A DNA stretch of 64,000 bases from the human T2T-CHM13v2.0 reference genome, Homo sapiens (GCF_009914755.1 NC_060927.1), one strand, 5' to 3'; shown: positions 24,864 through 40,863, counted from the first letter of the stretch. Notes: generated by a model from the letters alone, not told the origin. A program made the numbers and translations.

Positions 24864-25479
24864 AGAGGGACAGAGCAAGATGGCCAAATAGAAGCCTCCA
24901 ATCATCCCACTACCACAAGGACACCAATTTAACAACTATCTACCCAAAATAAGCACCTTCATAAGAACCAAAAATCAGGTGAGCATTCACAGTACCTAGA
25001 CTTAATTTCATATTACTGAAAGAGGCACTGGAAGAGGGTAGGATATAGTCCTGACTTACTGATGGCACACCTCTTCCATTCCCTGGAAGTGGCTGTGTGG
25101 CTCAGAGTGAGAATCTGTGTGTCTGGGAGAGGGGCAGTGCAGCAACTGTGAGGCATTGCATTGAACTCAGTAGTCCTTTGTAATAGCAGAAAGCAAAACC
25201 AGGCTGAACACAGCTGATGCCAACCCTCAGAAGGAGTATTTAAATCAGCCTCAGCTAGAAGGGAATTGTCCATCCCGGCAGTCAAAAAATTGAGTTCTGG
25301 CAAGTCTCACCCGCACATGCTAAAGTGCTTGGGGGCCCCAAATAAACGGGAAAGGCAGTCTAGGCCCCAATGACTGAAACTTCTAGGTGAATCTAGGGCT
25401 GAACTGGACTCACAGCCAGTGGACTTATGGGGCAAGTGACCTACACAGACACCATTTAGGGTAGTGAAGGAAATGCTCA
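24864..25479 (+). mobile_element. L1M1 (L1MA1-3) 5'UTR
   Basis: 'cagagcaagatggccaaatagaagcctcc...agcaccttcataagaaccaaaaatcaggtgagc'. Confidence 0.8.
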
Positions 25480-26030
25480 TGCTGCTAGATGTATTGGAGC
25501 TCCATTGTACGTTATTTGTTTCTTTTCTCTTGCTGCTTTTAGGATCCTTTATCCTTGATCTTTGGGGGTTCAATTGTTAAATGCCTTTAGGTGGTTGTCT
25601 TTGGGTTAAATCTGCTTGGTGTTCTATAACTTTATTGTATTTGGATATGGACATCTTTTTCTAGGTTGGGGATGTTCTTTGTTGTTATCCCTTTGAATAA
25701 ACTTTCTATGCCTATCTTTTTCTCTACCTCTTCTTTAAGGCAAGTAACTCTTAGATTTATTCTTCTGAGGCTATTTTCTAGATCCTGTAGGCATGCTTTA
25801 CTGTTTCTTATTCTTTTTTTTTTGTCTCCTCTATGTATTTTCACATAGCCTACCTTCAACCTCACTAATCCTTCTTCTGCTTGATCAAACCTGCTATTGA
25901 AAGACTCTGATACATTCTTCATTTGTCCATCACATTTTTCAGCTCCAGAATTTCTGCTTGATTCTTTTAAATTACTTCAATCTACTTGTTAAATTTACCT
26001 GATAGAATTCTGAATTTCTTCTCTTTTTCT
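25480..26030 (-). mobile_element. L1MA-type ORF1 fragment, inverted relative to the adjacent 5'UTR
   Basis: ORF 'KNVSESFNSRFDQAEE...LQDLENSLRRINLRV..LKEEVEK..GIESLFKGI...NIPNLEKD'. Confidence 0.85.
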
Positions 26031-26082
26031 GTCTCCCATTTATTTTGGGGTCTTTATTTGCATGCATTTTTACCGCTTTATG

Positions 26083-27070
26083 TGTAGGGACCAGCCCCAC
26101 AGGGTCGGTGGGTCTCTCCCCATGTGCGGAGACGAGAGAGTGTAGAAATAAAGACACAAGACAAAGAGATAAAAGGAAAGACAGCTGGGCCCGGGAGACC
26201 ACTACCACCAAGTCGCAGAGACCAGTAGTGGCCCCAAATGCCAGGCTGCACTGATATTTATTGGATACAAGACAAAGGGGCAGGATAAGGAGAGTGAGCC
26301 ATCTCCAATGATAGGTAAGGCCACGTGGGTCACGTGTCCACTGGCCATAGGGCCCTTCCCTGCCTGGCAGCTGAGGCAGAGAGGGAGAGGAGACAAAGAG
26401 AGAAACAACTTACACCATTATTAGAGACTTTTAGTACTTTCACTAATTTGCTACTGCTATCTAGAAGACAGAGCCAGGTGTACAGGATGGAACATGAAGG
26501 CGGACTAGGAGCATGACCACTGAAGCACAGCATCACAGGGAGACGGTTAGGCCTCCGGATAACCGCAAGCGAGCTTGACTAATGTCAGGCCCTCCACAAG
26601 AGGTGAAGGAGTAGAATCTTCTCTAAACTCCCCTGGGGAAAGGGAGACTCCCTTTCCCGGTCTGCTAAGTAGCGGGTGTTTTTCCTTGACACGCTACCCT
26701 TAGACCACGGTCCGCCTGGCAACGGGCGTCTTCCCAGACGCTGGCGTTACCGCTAGAGCAAGGAGCCCTCTGGTGGCCCTGTCTGGGCATAACAGAAGGC
26801 TCACACTGTCTTCTGGTCACTCCTCACTATGTCCCCTCAGCTCCTATCTCTGTATGGCCTGGTTTTTCCTAGGTTATGATTATAGAGGGAGGATTATTAT
26901 AGTATTGGAGTAAAGAGTAATTGTTACAAACTAATGATTAATGATATTCATATATAATCATATCTAAGATCTATATCTGATATAACTATTCTTATTTTAT
27001 ATTTTATTATACTGGAACAGCTCGTGTCCTCGGTCCCTTGCCTTGGCACCTGGGTGGCTTGCCGCCCACA
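26083..27070 (-). mobile_element. LTR13 solo LTR (HERV-K HML-4 / HERVK13)
   Basis: The reverse complement begins 'TGTGGGCGGCAAGCCACCCAGGTGCC' and ends 'GGGGCTGGTCCCTACA'. Length 988 bp. 6-bp TSD tttatg (26077-26082) / tttatc (27071-27076). Confidence 0.92.
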
Positions 27071-27129
27071 TTTATCTTCTTTTATAGTTTATTAATGCTC
27101 TGATAATTTTTCTTAATATTGATACAAGA

Positions 27130-27545
27130 CTTTTCTAATCTTCTGGGTGCTTCTTTCTGTGGCCTTGGGTAATTTTCTCACACATATGTGCTAATCATCA
27201 CTTGGTCAAGTATTTGAGGAGGCACTCCACAAATGCAGTTTTTTTTCTTTTGCCATCACTCTCCTCTCTAGTAATCTATCTCCTGTGAACTCTTTCAGTT
27301 CACGGCTGGAGCTGTGACTCCAGCTATGTTTTCTCAACACAAAAAGACTGCCTGTCTCTACCTCATTTCCTTCTCACTGTGTTGTAGCCTGGACACTTTC
27401 TTTATGCATAAGTTGGAGCAATGTTGGGGCTGACTTCATTTTATTCCTTTGTCTTGGGGATTATGTGTTTTCCTCCTTTTTCTTAGTTGTTTCACCAGTA
27501 AGTACATATTTATTCTCTGTTATATCTCTGTGGCCAGAAGTCCTG
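27130..27545 (-). mobile_element. L1MC/MD-type 5' region
   Basis: 'ggccttgggtaattttctcacacatatgtgctaatcatcacttgg' resembles an antisense L1MC/MD 5'UTR. Confidence 0.55.
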
Positions 27546-27696
27546 ATAGAACAGATTTAATTTATCAGATTTTTAATAAACTCGAGAACATGTATATACA
27601 CACAATATATACGTGTATATTATGTATATATAAAACATATACATAATTATTATATTTTTGCTTTTCTTTGTAAGTTTGTGTCTGTGATGTTTACTG

Positions 27697-28220
27697 TGTG
27701 TAGTATTTGTATATAGGTGTCGTCATTTGAATCATTGGTCCCAGTTTTTCATTTCTCCTTGTATTCATGCTTTTTCGCATATAACTTTGAAGTTTTTTCC
27801 ACTAAAGCACAAGTGCTTTTCCAGATTCCTTGACTTTGGCCTTAGCAATAAGGTTTGTTTGGGCCAATGGAATATGAGTCTAAGTTGTAGTATGCCAGTT
27901 CTGAGCCTATGCCTCAAGTGGCCTAGCTTCTTTTTGCTTGCTCTATTATACCTCTGTCAATACCAGGAGCTTTCCTAGTGTTTTCTGGTGCAGACTGAGC
28001 CCCAACTGCAATGAAGATTGCAACCAGCCAAGATCCACAGACTGAAGCAGTTTCCTGCCATGTGCAGGCTAGTTCAGATGACCTCAGTGAATCCCCAGAA
28101 TAAATGATAGAGATGAAAAATATAGATATATGCGGATTCACTGACAATAATAAGATGAATAATGCATGCAGAAATTTCACAGATCAGGTCATTATAGCGA
28201 AATAATAGGACAACATGTTA
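27697..28220 (+). mobile_element. MLT1H-like MaLR LTR
   Basis: 'ccttgactttggccttagcaataaggtttgtttgggccaatggaatatgag' and 'cttgctctattatacctctgtca'. Confidence 0.7.
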
Positions 28221-28648
28221 TGTAACTCTGGACAAGTAAGAAAAATAATATTTCTAGGGCAGTCCAGTTTACAAAATACTGAAATGGACCTGCAGAGTAC
28301 CTAAGTCTGTTGGAGCATAGATGAAGAGTCAAGAAAATGCAGGATGGAGAGACAGAGCTATAGCAATGCTAACAAGAACAGAACACTAAGAATTGTAGTT
28401 TTGTGGTCAGCAATAGGGGTCATGATGTGATAAATGCTATTATCCAGACTGGAGCACAGTCTCTGTGAGTTACCCAAAAAAGGTTTCACAGGAAGAGATT
28501 CCCACTGGTCCAGTACAGTAACTTCTCCTAGCCATTTGGATAAAAATTTACTTGCTAAAGGGGATCTCAAAATATAGACCCACCTTTAGGTTTTTTTAAA
28601 TTGTTTTTATATAATTTGCATATATTCCCCTTAAGAGTCTGTTCTTAA

Positions 28649-28777
28649 CCCATTTATTATGCCTAGTGATCCGTTATTGGAACGCTAAGCTTGTGGGAGT
28701 TATTTATATCCTACTGCTCAAAGTCATCGCCAAGGTTTGATTTTTTTTTAAAAAAGTCAACCTCTGGCATAAATGGG
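28649..28777 (+). mobile_element. MER85 (PGBD3-derived piggyBac MITE)
   Basis: TTAA TSDs at 28645-28648 and 28778-28781. TIRs 'cccattta(tta)tgcc' / 'ggcataaatggg'. Body 'ggaacgctaagcttgtgggagttatttatatcctactgctcaaagtcatcgccaagg'. Confidence 0.93.
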
Positions 28778-29109
28778 TTAAATCGTTGTTGATAAAGTGT
28801 TTTCTTCATTTTAATGAATTACAACTTATAAAAAACCTTCAGCATAGATATCTAAATATTGTGGTCCTTATATTATTCTTAGAATGAAAAGACTTGCAGC
28901 CAGAGTGGCCAAACAGGTAACACTACTTTCTCATAATTCATCAGCAAGTTTAAAATGTACTGCAAATGTGTTCCTTCCTCTTGATCACTATTAATTTCAT
29001 AGGTTAAACTTGGACTGTATAGCCTAACAGTTCCACATTTGTGCCCCAACTATTCATTTTCTAAGAAGCAGCTGGTCGTTTCTTTTATCTTTCTTTTGCT
29101 TCGTTTTAT

Positions 29110-29913
29110 CTTTAAAATAATATCCAAACTCAGGGTCATGGCTCAGGATGACCTCTTCTCCTTCCAGGATCTAGCCGTTGCCTGCCCCTACACCTTCATC
29201 TCCAACATTGGCCTTACTTCCTGTGACTACTCTGTTATTCCCATCACTCATTGTTTAGAACTCTCGAAATTTCTTCCTTTAGGGCCTTTGCATTTGTTGC
29301 TTCCTCTGTCTTAAGTATCTCCTCTTCTGTATGAGTCTTCTAGGGCTGCCCTAGCAGAATGCCACAAATTTATGTTTTCACATTTCTGGAGGTGGAAAGT
29401 CAAAGATCACGGTTATGGCAAGGTTAGTTTCTGGTGGGGATGCTCTTCCTTACTTGCAGAAGCCCACATTCTTGCTGTGTCATCACATGGTTTTTCCTCT
29501 GTGCTTGTGCACTTGTCTCTTCTTCTTATCAGGACAACAATCCTATTGGTTTCAGGCCTGAGCCTTATAACCCTATTTAATGTTAATAACCTTTGTAAAA
29601 GCCCTATCTCATATCACATTGGGGGTTAGAGTTTCAACCTATGCATTTTGGGGACACAATGTAGTCTATATCACCTTGCCTTATCCTTTGCCACTTAGAT
29701 CATCACATGGTCGATGCCTTTTCATTACTCAGGTGTTATTTCTAATATCATTTCCTTGGAGAGTTCTCCCTCAACTATTGCTTAATCACAGTGTATTGTA
29801 ACTCTACAGGACATGTCTGACCCTGTTCACTCATCACTAAAATTACTATATACAACCAGAATTGTGCTTGACACATATAATGAAGCATTGAGAAAACATT
29901 TGTTGAATAAATG
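29110..29913 (+). mobile_element. L2 3' region interrupted by MLT1A
   Basis: 'agggcctttgcatttgttgcttcctctgtc' and terminal 'tgtgcttgacacatata...aaacatttgttgaataaatg'. Confidence 0.75.
29328..29673 (-). mobile_element. MLT1A/A0-type MaLR solo LTR
   Basis: 'ctagggctgccctagcagaatgccacaa' ... 'gggggttagagtttcaacctatgcattttggggacaca'. Confidence 0.8.
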
Positions 29914-30913
29914 TTTTCTTCTAATACTGGTTTATGGGCATAACTATTTCTGAATGTGTCCTTTCTCAAAGGTAGACACCTGAGCTTTATGATCCATGGT
30001 GTTATCCTAAAAAACAGAACACAATATTATTATATTAAGTATACCACTGAATATAGCAATTGGTGTCTTGAGGAGTTACAACATGTCATTATTTAAATAG
30101 GTTATCATATTTTTTCCAGTAATCACCCCAGCTATATTAAAATGAAACTTCTCCCCTTTTTCTCTCTAGGTAGCATCTTCCTTGACTCTTTCTTAGACAG
30201 ATGCTATAACTTTTCAGCTACTTGAGTTATTAGTTTATTTCATTATTTATTGATTTTAAAATGCCAATCTCAAATTATACTCAAAGGTTTTTCTACATTT
30301 CCCATCTGTGATGACAGCTCTTATAGCTTTAAGAGTACTAGGTTGTGGGTGGGCTTCAAGACATCTCTTTTCACTCCCACTTCTAGATGCCAGCTCCATC
30401 TGTGATATGACAAGAGCGGGTAAATATCTTCTTACTTGACTCAATCAGATTGCAGTCTTCTTTTCCTTGGTTGTTGCTTCTCAGGCTGACACTTACTCTA
30501 GATGTCCTCTGCATGGTTGGGCTCCTAATTCCTGTAATTCTGAATGGTCTCCATGTACTTTCTTTTAGAATCACCTAAGAGGTGTTCCACTTCTTGGGTC
30601 ACTGAAAGAGGCTGGTCAAGATTCAAATCCACTTATTTAATCACTTTATTCTTGGTTAAAATCCAACAAAGACTGATCCTAGCATACCTTTTCTTTGTTT
30701 TCTGCCTGAATGAGTATTAGCAGGCCAGCTTGAGCACAGCAGCATTATTTACATCCATCATGCCCAAGAGTAGTTCATATCCTTGCTTCATCAAATAGGA
30801 GGACAAGTTAATTACCAGAATTCCTTATCTTAGCACCTCCATCTCTCTGTTGGTCATTGCTTTCATGCCGGGGCAGCAATAAAGTATCTGTGGATCCAAT
30901 GCCTCACTAACTC

Positions 30914-31207
30914 TTTTTTGTTTCTGAGATGGAGTCTCATTCTGTTGCCCAGGCTGGAGTGCAGTGGCGCGATCTTGGCTCACTGAAAGCTCCACCTCCT
31001 GTTTTCAAGCAATTCTCCTGCCTCAACCTCCTGGGTAGCTGGGACTACAGGCACATGCCACCACACCTGGCTAATTTTTTTGTATTTTTAGTAGAGACAG
31101 GGTTTCACTGAGTTAGCCAGGATGGTCTCGATCTCCTGACCTCATGATCTGCCTGCCTTGGCCTCCCAAAGTGCTGGGATTACAGGCTTGAGCCACCGCT
31201 CTCGGCC
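30914..31207 (-). mobile_element. Alu (AluSc8/AluY-like)
   Basis: Full dimer with 'aagctcc' and 'gttagccaggatggtctcgatctcctgacctcatgat'. Confidence 0.95.
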
Positions 31208-32829
31208 CTTTGTTTTGTCTTTACATCTCTTTTTCAAATTTGAAATTATTTCTCATGAGAGATTGTCCCTAACCAGAATATTATTTCAATTTCAAGTACT
31301 TTATTCTTATTTATTTTTATCTTTATAATTTACCTTCTAAGATTTTTTTCATGTTCTTATTTTGCTACTATATATATTTACTTAGTGATATGTTAGATAT
31401 AATATTAGCAAACAAGACTAATATCTATTATCAGGGAAAATAGGTTTTCAACTTTATAGTATATGACCTTTAGAAGTAAAATGTTAAATTTTTTTTTTTT
31501 TACTATTTTACAATGTTTCTTTTAAAACTATTTCCTATTTATATTCATTTAGATTTAAAATCCTCCAATAAGGAAATAACTTATTTTCTCTGCTGAAGAG
31601 TTGTAAAATTCAATTATGCATAAAGACAAACATCATCCTGAGTAAAGAATCATCCGTAAGATTAGCGGAATGAATCTGCTGCAACATTTACACTTCATAC
31701 TCTGAAATTGATTTTTATGCATTTTAATGGAAGCAATATTTTGCATTTGAGTACATTACATAGGAAAATAAAATGTCAAGGCTTATTCCTCACAGAATTC
31801 ACAATCTCCGTTTCTGTTTCTGTATTTTTTTCTCTTTTTACTTAGAGGAATTGTTATGAGATGATCTAGTGGTCAGTTCATTTCTCATTCTTTTAGAACA
31901 ATAATTTGCACATTAAAGTCCTAATACAAATAAATATACCCTATGTTCCCATCTGTTATTCTTACTCTATTGAGACCTAGTATAAGAGTAGAGCAGTAAA
32001 TGGAATACATATCTTTTTTTCAAATGGCAAAATATGTAAATATTTCTCATATGTTTAAATTTTTACTTTTATTTGAAACCACTAATGCCCAAATAATGCA
32101 TTGATCTCAGTCATGGGAAGAGGTGGTAAGATATGATTAATATGTCTTTATTGTAGCTTGCTGTGATTTCATGTAAAGAACATGCCATTTTATGACTCTT
32201 ACTAGTGTAATGAATAAGTAAATTTTTAGCTTTAGAATTAATGCACATACCCTGACATTTTATATCTAATTGATCTGAAAGAAATTCTAAAGAGAGTTAA
32301 ACACTTTAAGTTCCCAAACATGAAGAATTTGAATAAAGCATGAAAGGAACAGAGAGCTATTTGTTGTTTACTTTATTCTTCGAGAAGCTAAAACTCAGAA
32401 TCTAAAGCACAGAAGAAAATGTCCCAATTTTCAAAATCAAGAAATCAAGAATCATGTTTACATGGTTTTTTTAACTCACACTTTCTATGAGCCAAGTGTT
32501 GTATTTAAAGATATTTCATTGAACATATTGGACACAGTTTCTTCCTGCAAAGAGTTAACATTTGCAAAGCCGTTCCCTTATTACTTCCTGGATATTTTTT
32601 CCTTCCTATTTTAGTGTTAGATTATTTTAAGTGACTCTTGATTCTTATTTTTTTACTTGAAAAATATGGAAAAACAAAACAAAAACTACCATTTAGTGAC
32701 AAACTATCTGGTTTCCAAAAACCTGAAAAATTAAAATAGTTTTTGTATAATAATAAACCCATGTAAGAAGTTAGTTATGATTTAATGGAAATGCTGCCTC
32801 TGTATATGTAATGTAAAGAGGGGGCAATG

Positions 32830-33040
32830 TAATTTATTGATGAGGCATGCAGGCTCTGGATTTCAGATTGACTGAGTTCTAAGCTCAGTTTTGCCACTCA
32901 CAGGGCAAGCTGTTCAAGCACTACAATATAGGAGAGAGAGCAATACCTATGTCATGAGATTTTTATGAGGATTAAATGAGATAATGTACATAGGAGATTT
33001 AGTAAAGCACCTCTCACTTCGTAAGCACTCACCATTATTA
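32830..33040 (+). mobile_element. MIR
   Basis: Core 'tgaggattaaatgagataatgtaca...taagcactc'. Confidence 0.75.
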
Positions 33041-33202
33041 TGCAACATTTCAACACTTTTTTAATAAAAAGTAATTTAAAACTATTAGGGAAGAGTGAGA
33101 CAGGAAGAGAAAGGGAGAGAGAGAGAGAATGAGTAAATAGGATTAATGAAAGAGTTGAGTTTAAAAAGTCTCTGATATTAGTACTTTGGGTAGAAAAATT
33201 TT

Positions 33203-35261
<2,059 letters not shown>

Positions 35262-36049
35262 GAGTAGCCACTAGAAGATAAGCCACCTCCAAGGAAAAAA
35301 ACACCTCCAAGGGAAAAAAAGGAAACAGATGTACTTTTTACAATAGAATGTGTTGATTCTTCTTGAAGAATACTAGTGTCAGTAGGATTTTAGCTATTTT
35401 TAGTCTGCTAAGAATTGGCATGAATAGACATTAACAGGTTAATGAAGTATCTGAAAATAAGTGAATCCAGTTGCTGTTTAATGTCCCAAACTCAAACTTT
35501 TAATGCTTTATAACAGTCTCAGTTCCTTTTATAACTGCGAGGAAATAGTTTCTTTCCCAGGGGCATACTGCCTTTTAAAAAAATGTCTATTTTTATTAAC
35601 ATCCCTTTGTGGCCGTAACTACTATTAGGAAGTTGGAGTAAATTATCTTACTGATGACCTATTTCTGTTTCTAATAGTTCTTAATCAAGAATGATATGCA
35701 ATTGGGACACAAATTTTCTTCCTTCAGACTTACTCCAAATTCCCGTATCCTGGTCCCCAAGGTGGAATTGCGTGTCTAGAATTCCCTTTAAAACTGTCAA
35801 TAGCCGAATTTTCTTTTATTACTCTCTGGCACTTTAAACAACTTTGGCATCATTTAAGAATTTTGATGTTTTATTTTGAAGTTCCAAAAGTGGAAAATAA
35901 AAGCATGCGGAGGGTAGGATTAACAATACTTGACTGGACCATCTAGAAGTGACTGAAGAAACTGGTTTTGTTTATATAGAGAGGAGAAACCCAAAGACTG
36001 ATTTAGTAACTAGCTATATAGAGGGCAGAACTAAATTACTGCTTTAATT

Positions 36050-36215
36050 TCCCTGGTGAATTTGTAGAATTTAACCACTTTAAATAACAGTATCCCCATT
36101 TGCAAGATGAAGATAATATTTCTGCTTTATGACTGTTTGGGGAGGATTAAATGAGACAATATAGATTAAATATTGAATATAGTAGCTGTAATAATAGGAG
36201 CTCAATAAAAGTGTC
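36050..36215 (+). mobile_element. MIR
   Basis: 'ccccatttgcaagatgaagataata...gaggattaaatgagac...gagctcaataaa'. Confidence 0.75.
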
Positions 36216-37249
36216 TTCCTTTCTTTTGTCTTCTTTAATAGGTGGTATGATCACTATGGATATCAAAATGGGAAGTTACAGTTGCGATTACTTAAAACAT
36301 TCAGAAACATTATCTGCTATGGTGGTTAGCTGTGGAATATCCTTTCTCTTTCTCTTTCCAAGGAAAAAAATTGCAAAATTGATTTTTAAGGAACAAGTAC
36401 CATGATCTTCACAATCAAATGTTATCTCTAATAGAGTTTAAAAAGTAATGGTGATGATTTTTCAGTTTATTAAAGCTGGAAAATCATTATTCATGTGCTG
36501 TTTATAGATGTTATTTAATTTTAATATCCTAATAAGATGCTGTAATTAAAAATGGTATAAGTGAAATATGATTTCTCATTAATACAACTTATTAATAAAA
36601 TATTTATATTCTTATGGATCATAGTAAAATATGAACATTATGTCATTTGATAATTTTTGTTTAATTCTTGATCTGTTAAATGTTTTTAAGTGTAAGCAAA
36701 CCTTTTTGCTTGAAGATGAACATTCACCTCAGAGTTAATATATGTCTTCCTTTTTCTTTTAATCATTGGATATAATAGCTTCAAACATTTATAAACAAGA
36801 AGGAAATGAAATATTGGAATTTCATAAAATAAAAACAAAAGTTAGAACATCGACTTAAGTATATCAAAATTGGAATTAAAGTTAACAGTTCTTGCAAAAT
36901 AACAATAAAATTCTAATATGCATGGAATAGCCTACTCCACATTTTGACTAAATGTAGAAACAAAAGTTAGTAAATATTATTTTCTTTGTTAAAATATTGA
37001 GTTAGCTAGATATAAACAGAGTAATTTGGTAAAAATTATTTTCTAAATTCCAGTTTTATTACAGCTTCTAGTAAGATCAAGTTATAAAAGTAAAAATTAT
37101 TATATAATTACATATAAATTACATAAAAATTTTAAAAGTTTAAATCCCCTGTGATGTTTTTAATAAATTTATTTTAATAAAGACCATTTTTAAATTTATT
37201 TGAAGATAAATGAGGAAAAGGCCTAAAATAGTTTATGTAAGAGAAATAC

Positions 37250-37860
37250 TAATTCTCAATAAGAATTATGCTGAAAGAGAAAAGCTAGAAAAAAATACAT
37301 ACTGAAGCACAAAATAATACATAATGAATGATACATAAATATTTAGAAAATGTAAACTATTCTGACAGAAAGCAGACCAGTAGTTAACTGGAGCAGAGTA
37401 TGTAGGGACAAATGAATTGCAAAGAGGAAAAGAAATTAATGGGGGTGATAGTAATATTTTGTAACTCTGTTGTGGTGGTTTCATCAAAATTTATTGAATT
37501 GTGTATTCATCAAATTGGCTGCATTTTGCAGCAATCATATCTCATCAAAGTTTATTTAAAGAACAAGAACAATAGTTTCACTTCTTTAGTTTTGAAGTAA
37601 ATAAAGAAAATATGAAGGCACTATTTTTATTAACCAATGGATTAAAAAATAAAATGAAACCCAAAAAATTAACAATACTGGTATCATTGAAATCTATGAA
37701 GATGGTGGCAGTATCAGTTGGTCAGACTTTTGGATAAGCAATTTGGTACTGCGTCTCCAGGTTCATCAAAAATATACTTACCCTTTGACATACCAGTTTT
37801 GCTCTTATGAGATTGTCAATAGAATGATCCAGAAGGATAAAGTGACATGCAAAAAGACTT
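37250..37860 (+). mobile_element. Old L1MC/ME 3' fragments
   Basis: 'agaaaatgtaaactattctgacagaaagcagaccagtagtt' and 'ataagcaatttggtactgcg...tacttaccctttgac'. Confidence 0.55.
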
Positions 37861-38892
37861 TCTTTTCTGAGTAGGTTATTCTAGTAGTTTTGAATCTTAG
37901 TCCAGATATTCAGCTGTGCAAAAAATATCTTTCCTTTCTCCAAATCAGTTGAATCTATTTTTTACGTATTTGCTGAGAAGGCAGAAATTTAACTTGAGTT
38001 ATTACTACTGACTTCACCAAATTGTGCCAAGTTGCTGAAGCCTAACTTAATACCTATGAATCAGGGACACTCATCAAATCATTTGCCATTAGTTCACACT
38101 GGACCCCATTCCAGCCTGTAGCATTCAGAGATCTGCTATGTTCCTGCCACTCTCTGAGAAAGGCCATCTTTGGAGGACATGAGGTACACTCTACCTAGAA
38201 GCTAGCCTATTTGGTGTTCCAGGTAGCAATTCCTTTGATGTCTTGCCGTCATCCAGAGTTAGAGCCATAGAGCACGGGTTATGTCTCCCCTACTTCTGTA
38301 ACCCCTTTAGTCTCTAACTTTTTTCTCCTCCTTTTCCTTAGCCACTAAAGTTCTCCTAACCTCTCTTCCCCTTCCAGAATATCTAGCATAATCTTTTTAG
38401 TGAGCTTGGCTACTTCTTAGAACTTGGGTGTAGAGATGTGTGTGGTGCATAATTATTACCTCATAAATTACTCCACTAAATTTGTTTTAATGAGGAGTTT
38501 GTAAATGCAAGGAATTAATTAGAAAAGTATCTAGTGGGTGAAATATTATTGCTAAAATTGAAGAATAGAAGCAGAATACAAATTTATATCTACTATGAAT
38601 ATGATGTCTTAAGAATCATGTATACTATTTGTAATGATGAGATAAATTATGAGAGTTTTTCTATCGCCATAAACTATGAAGTTGTGTGGGTGTGTGTGTA
38701 ATTTCTTAGGAAAAATGCATGTGTGTTATTTAACATACTAATGTTTGAGTTGGCCAATTTAAATTCAAAGAGTTAAAGAATACCGATTGATCATAATTAT
38801 GAGGTCATCCTTATTATATAAGTTATTCAGGGGAGGAGTGACTGTGAAAATTTGAAGAAAAGTTAAGAATTTTTTAGAAGTGTACCAGTACC

Positions 38893-40283
<1,391 letters not shown>

Positions 40284-40863
40284 GGATGAGACCCATTATT
40301 TTGCTTGCGAGCTAGATCCAAATATGAGTCACTATCTTAACTGTGGCCAGATCCACACATGAAGGTCACAATTCCTATTTTGTGTATTTACTTGTTAGAC
40401 TCAGGACCTTAAGAGTGGGCTTTTGAAATACGAAGTGATAAAAGTATTTACTTTCACCTGTGTGTGTAATCGAGAATTCTAATCTGAACTTCTTGCTGAT
40501 TCTTGTCATGAAACTCTCTGTACCACCCAAGGAGTTTACACACTATGAGGTACTGTTGTAAAGTTCTGTGAGCTTGGTACAAATATTCAACCCCAGACCT
40601 TACCTATTGCCCTAAGCCTAGCGATAAAAGGCAAAATATTTTTTATCGGCTGAATCGCAATATAAGATGGACAATCATGCCGGTGAACTGAAGTAAAGTA
40701 TATGTCATAGTCTTGTTTGTGAGCAAAAACTAGGCAGGGAGTTAACACCACTTAAATATTGTGCCAAAATCATGTCACAATGCACTCTTCAGGTAGGGTA
40801 TGGGAATCAGAGTCACATTAACTGAGTGCTGGACTAGGCAATATGAAACCTTCCCAAATGTGG
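40284..40863 (+). other. L1 3'-transduced segment; degenerate ~35-bp beta-satellite-related (BSR-like) repeat
   Basis: Lies between the L1 poly(A) and a second poly(A) (40864-40885), which is followed by the TSD (40886-40902). Repeated 'atgagtcac/gtcacaat' and 'agatcca' motifs occur at ~35-bp spacing. Confidence 0.85.

Noticed and set aside
26083-27070. Initial impression of LTR5/HML-2 or SVA
   Set aside because: The terminal sequence TGTGGGCGGCAAGCCACCCAGG and the AT-rich U3 fit LTR13. There is no VNTR or hexamer repeat.
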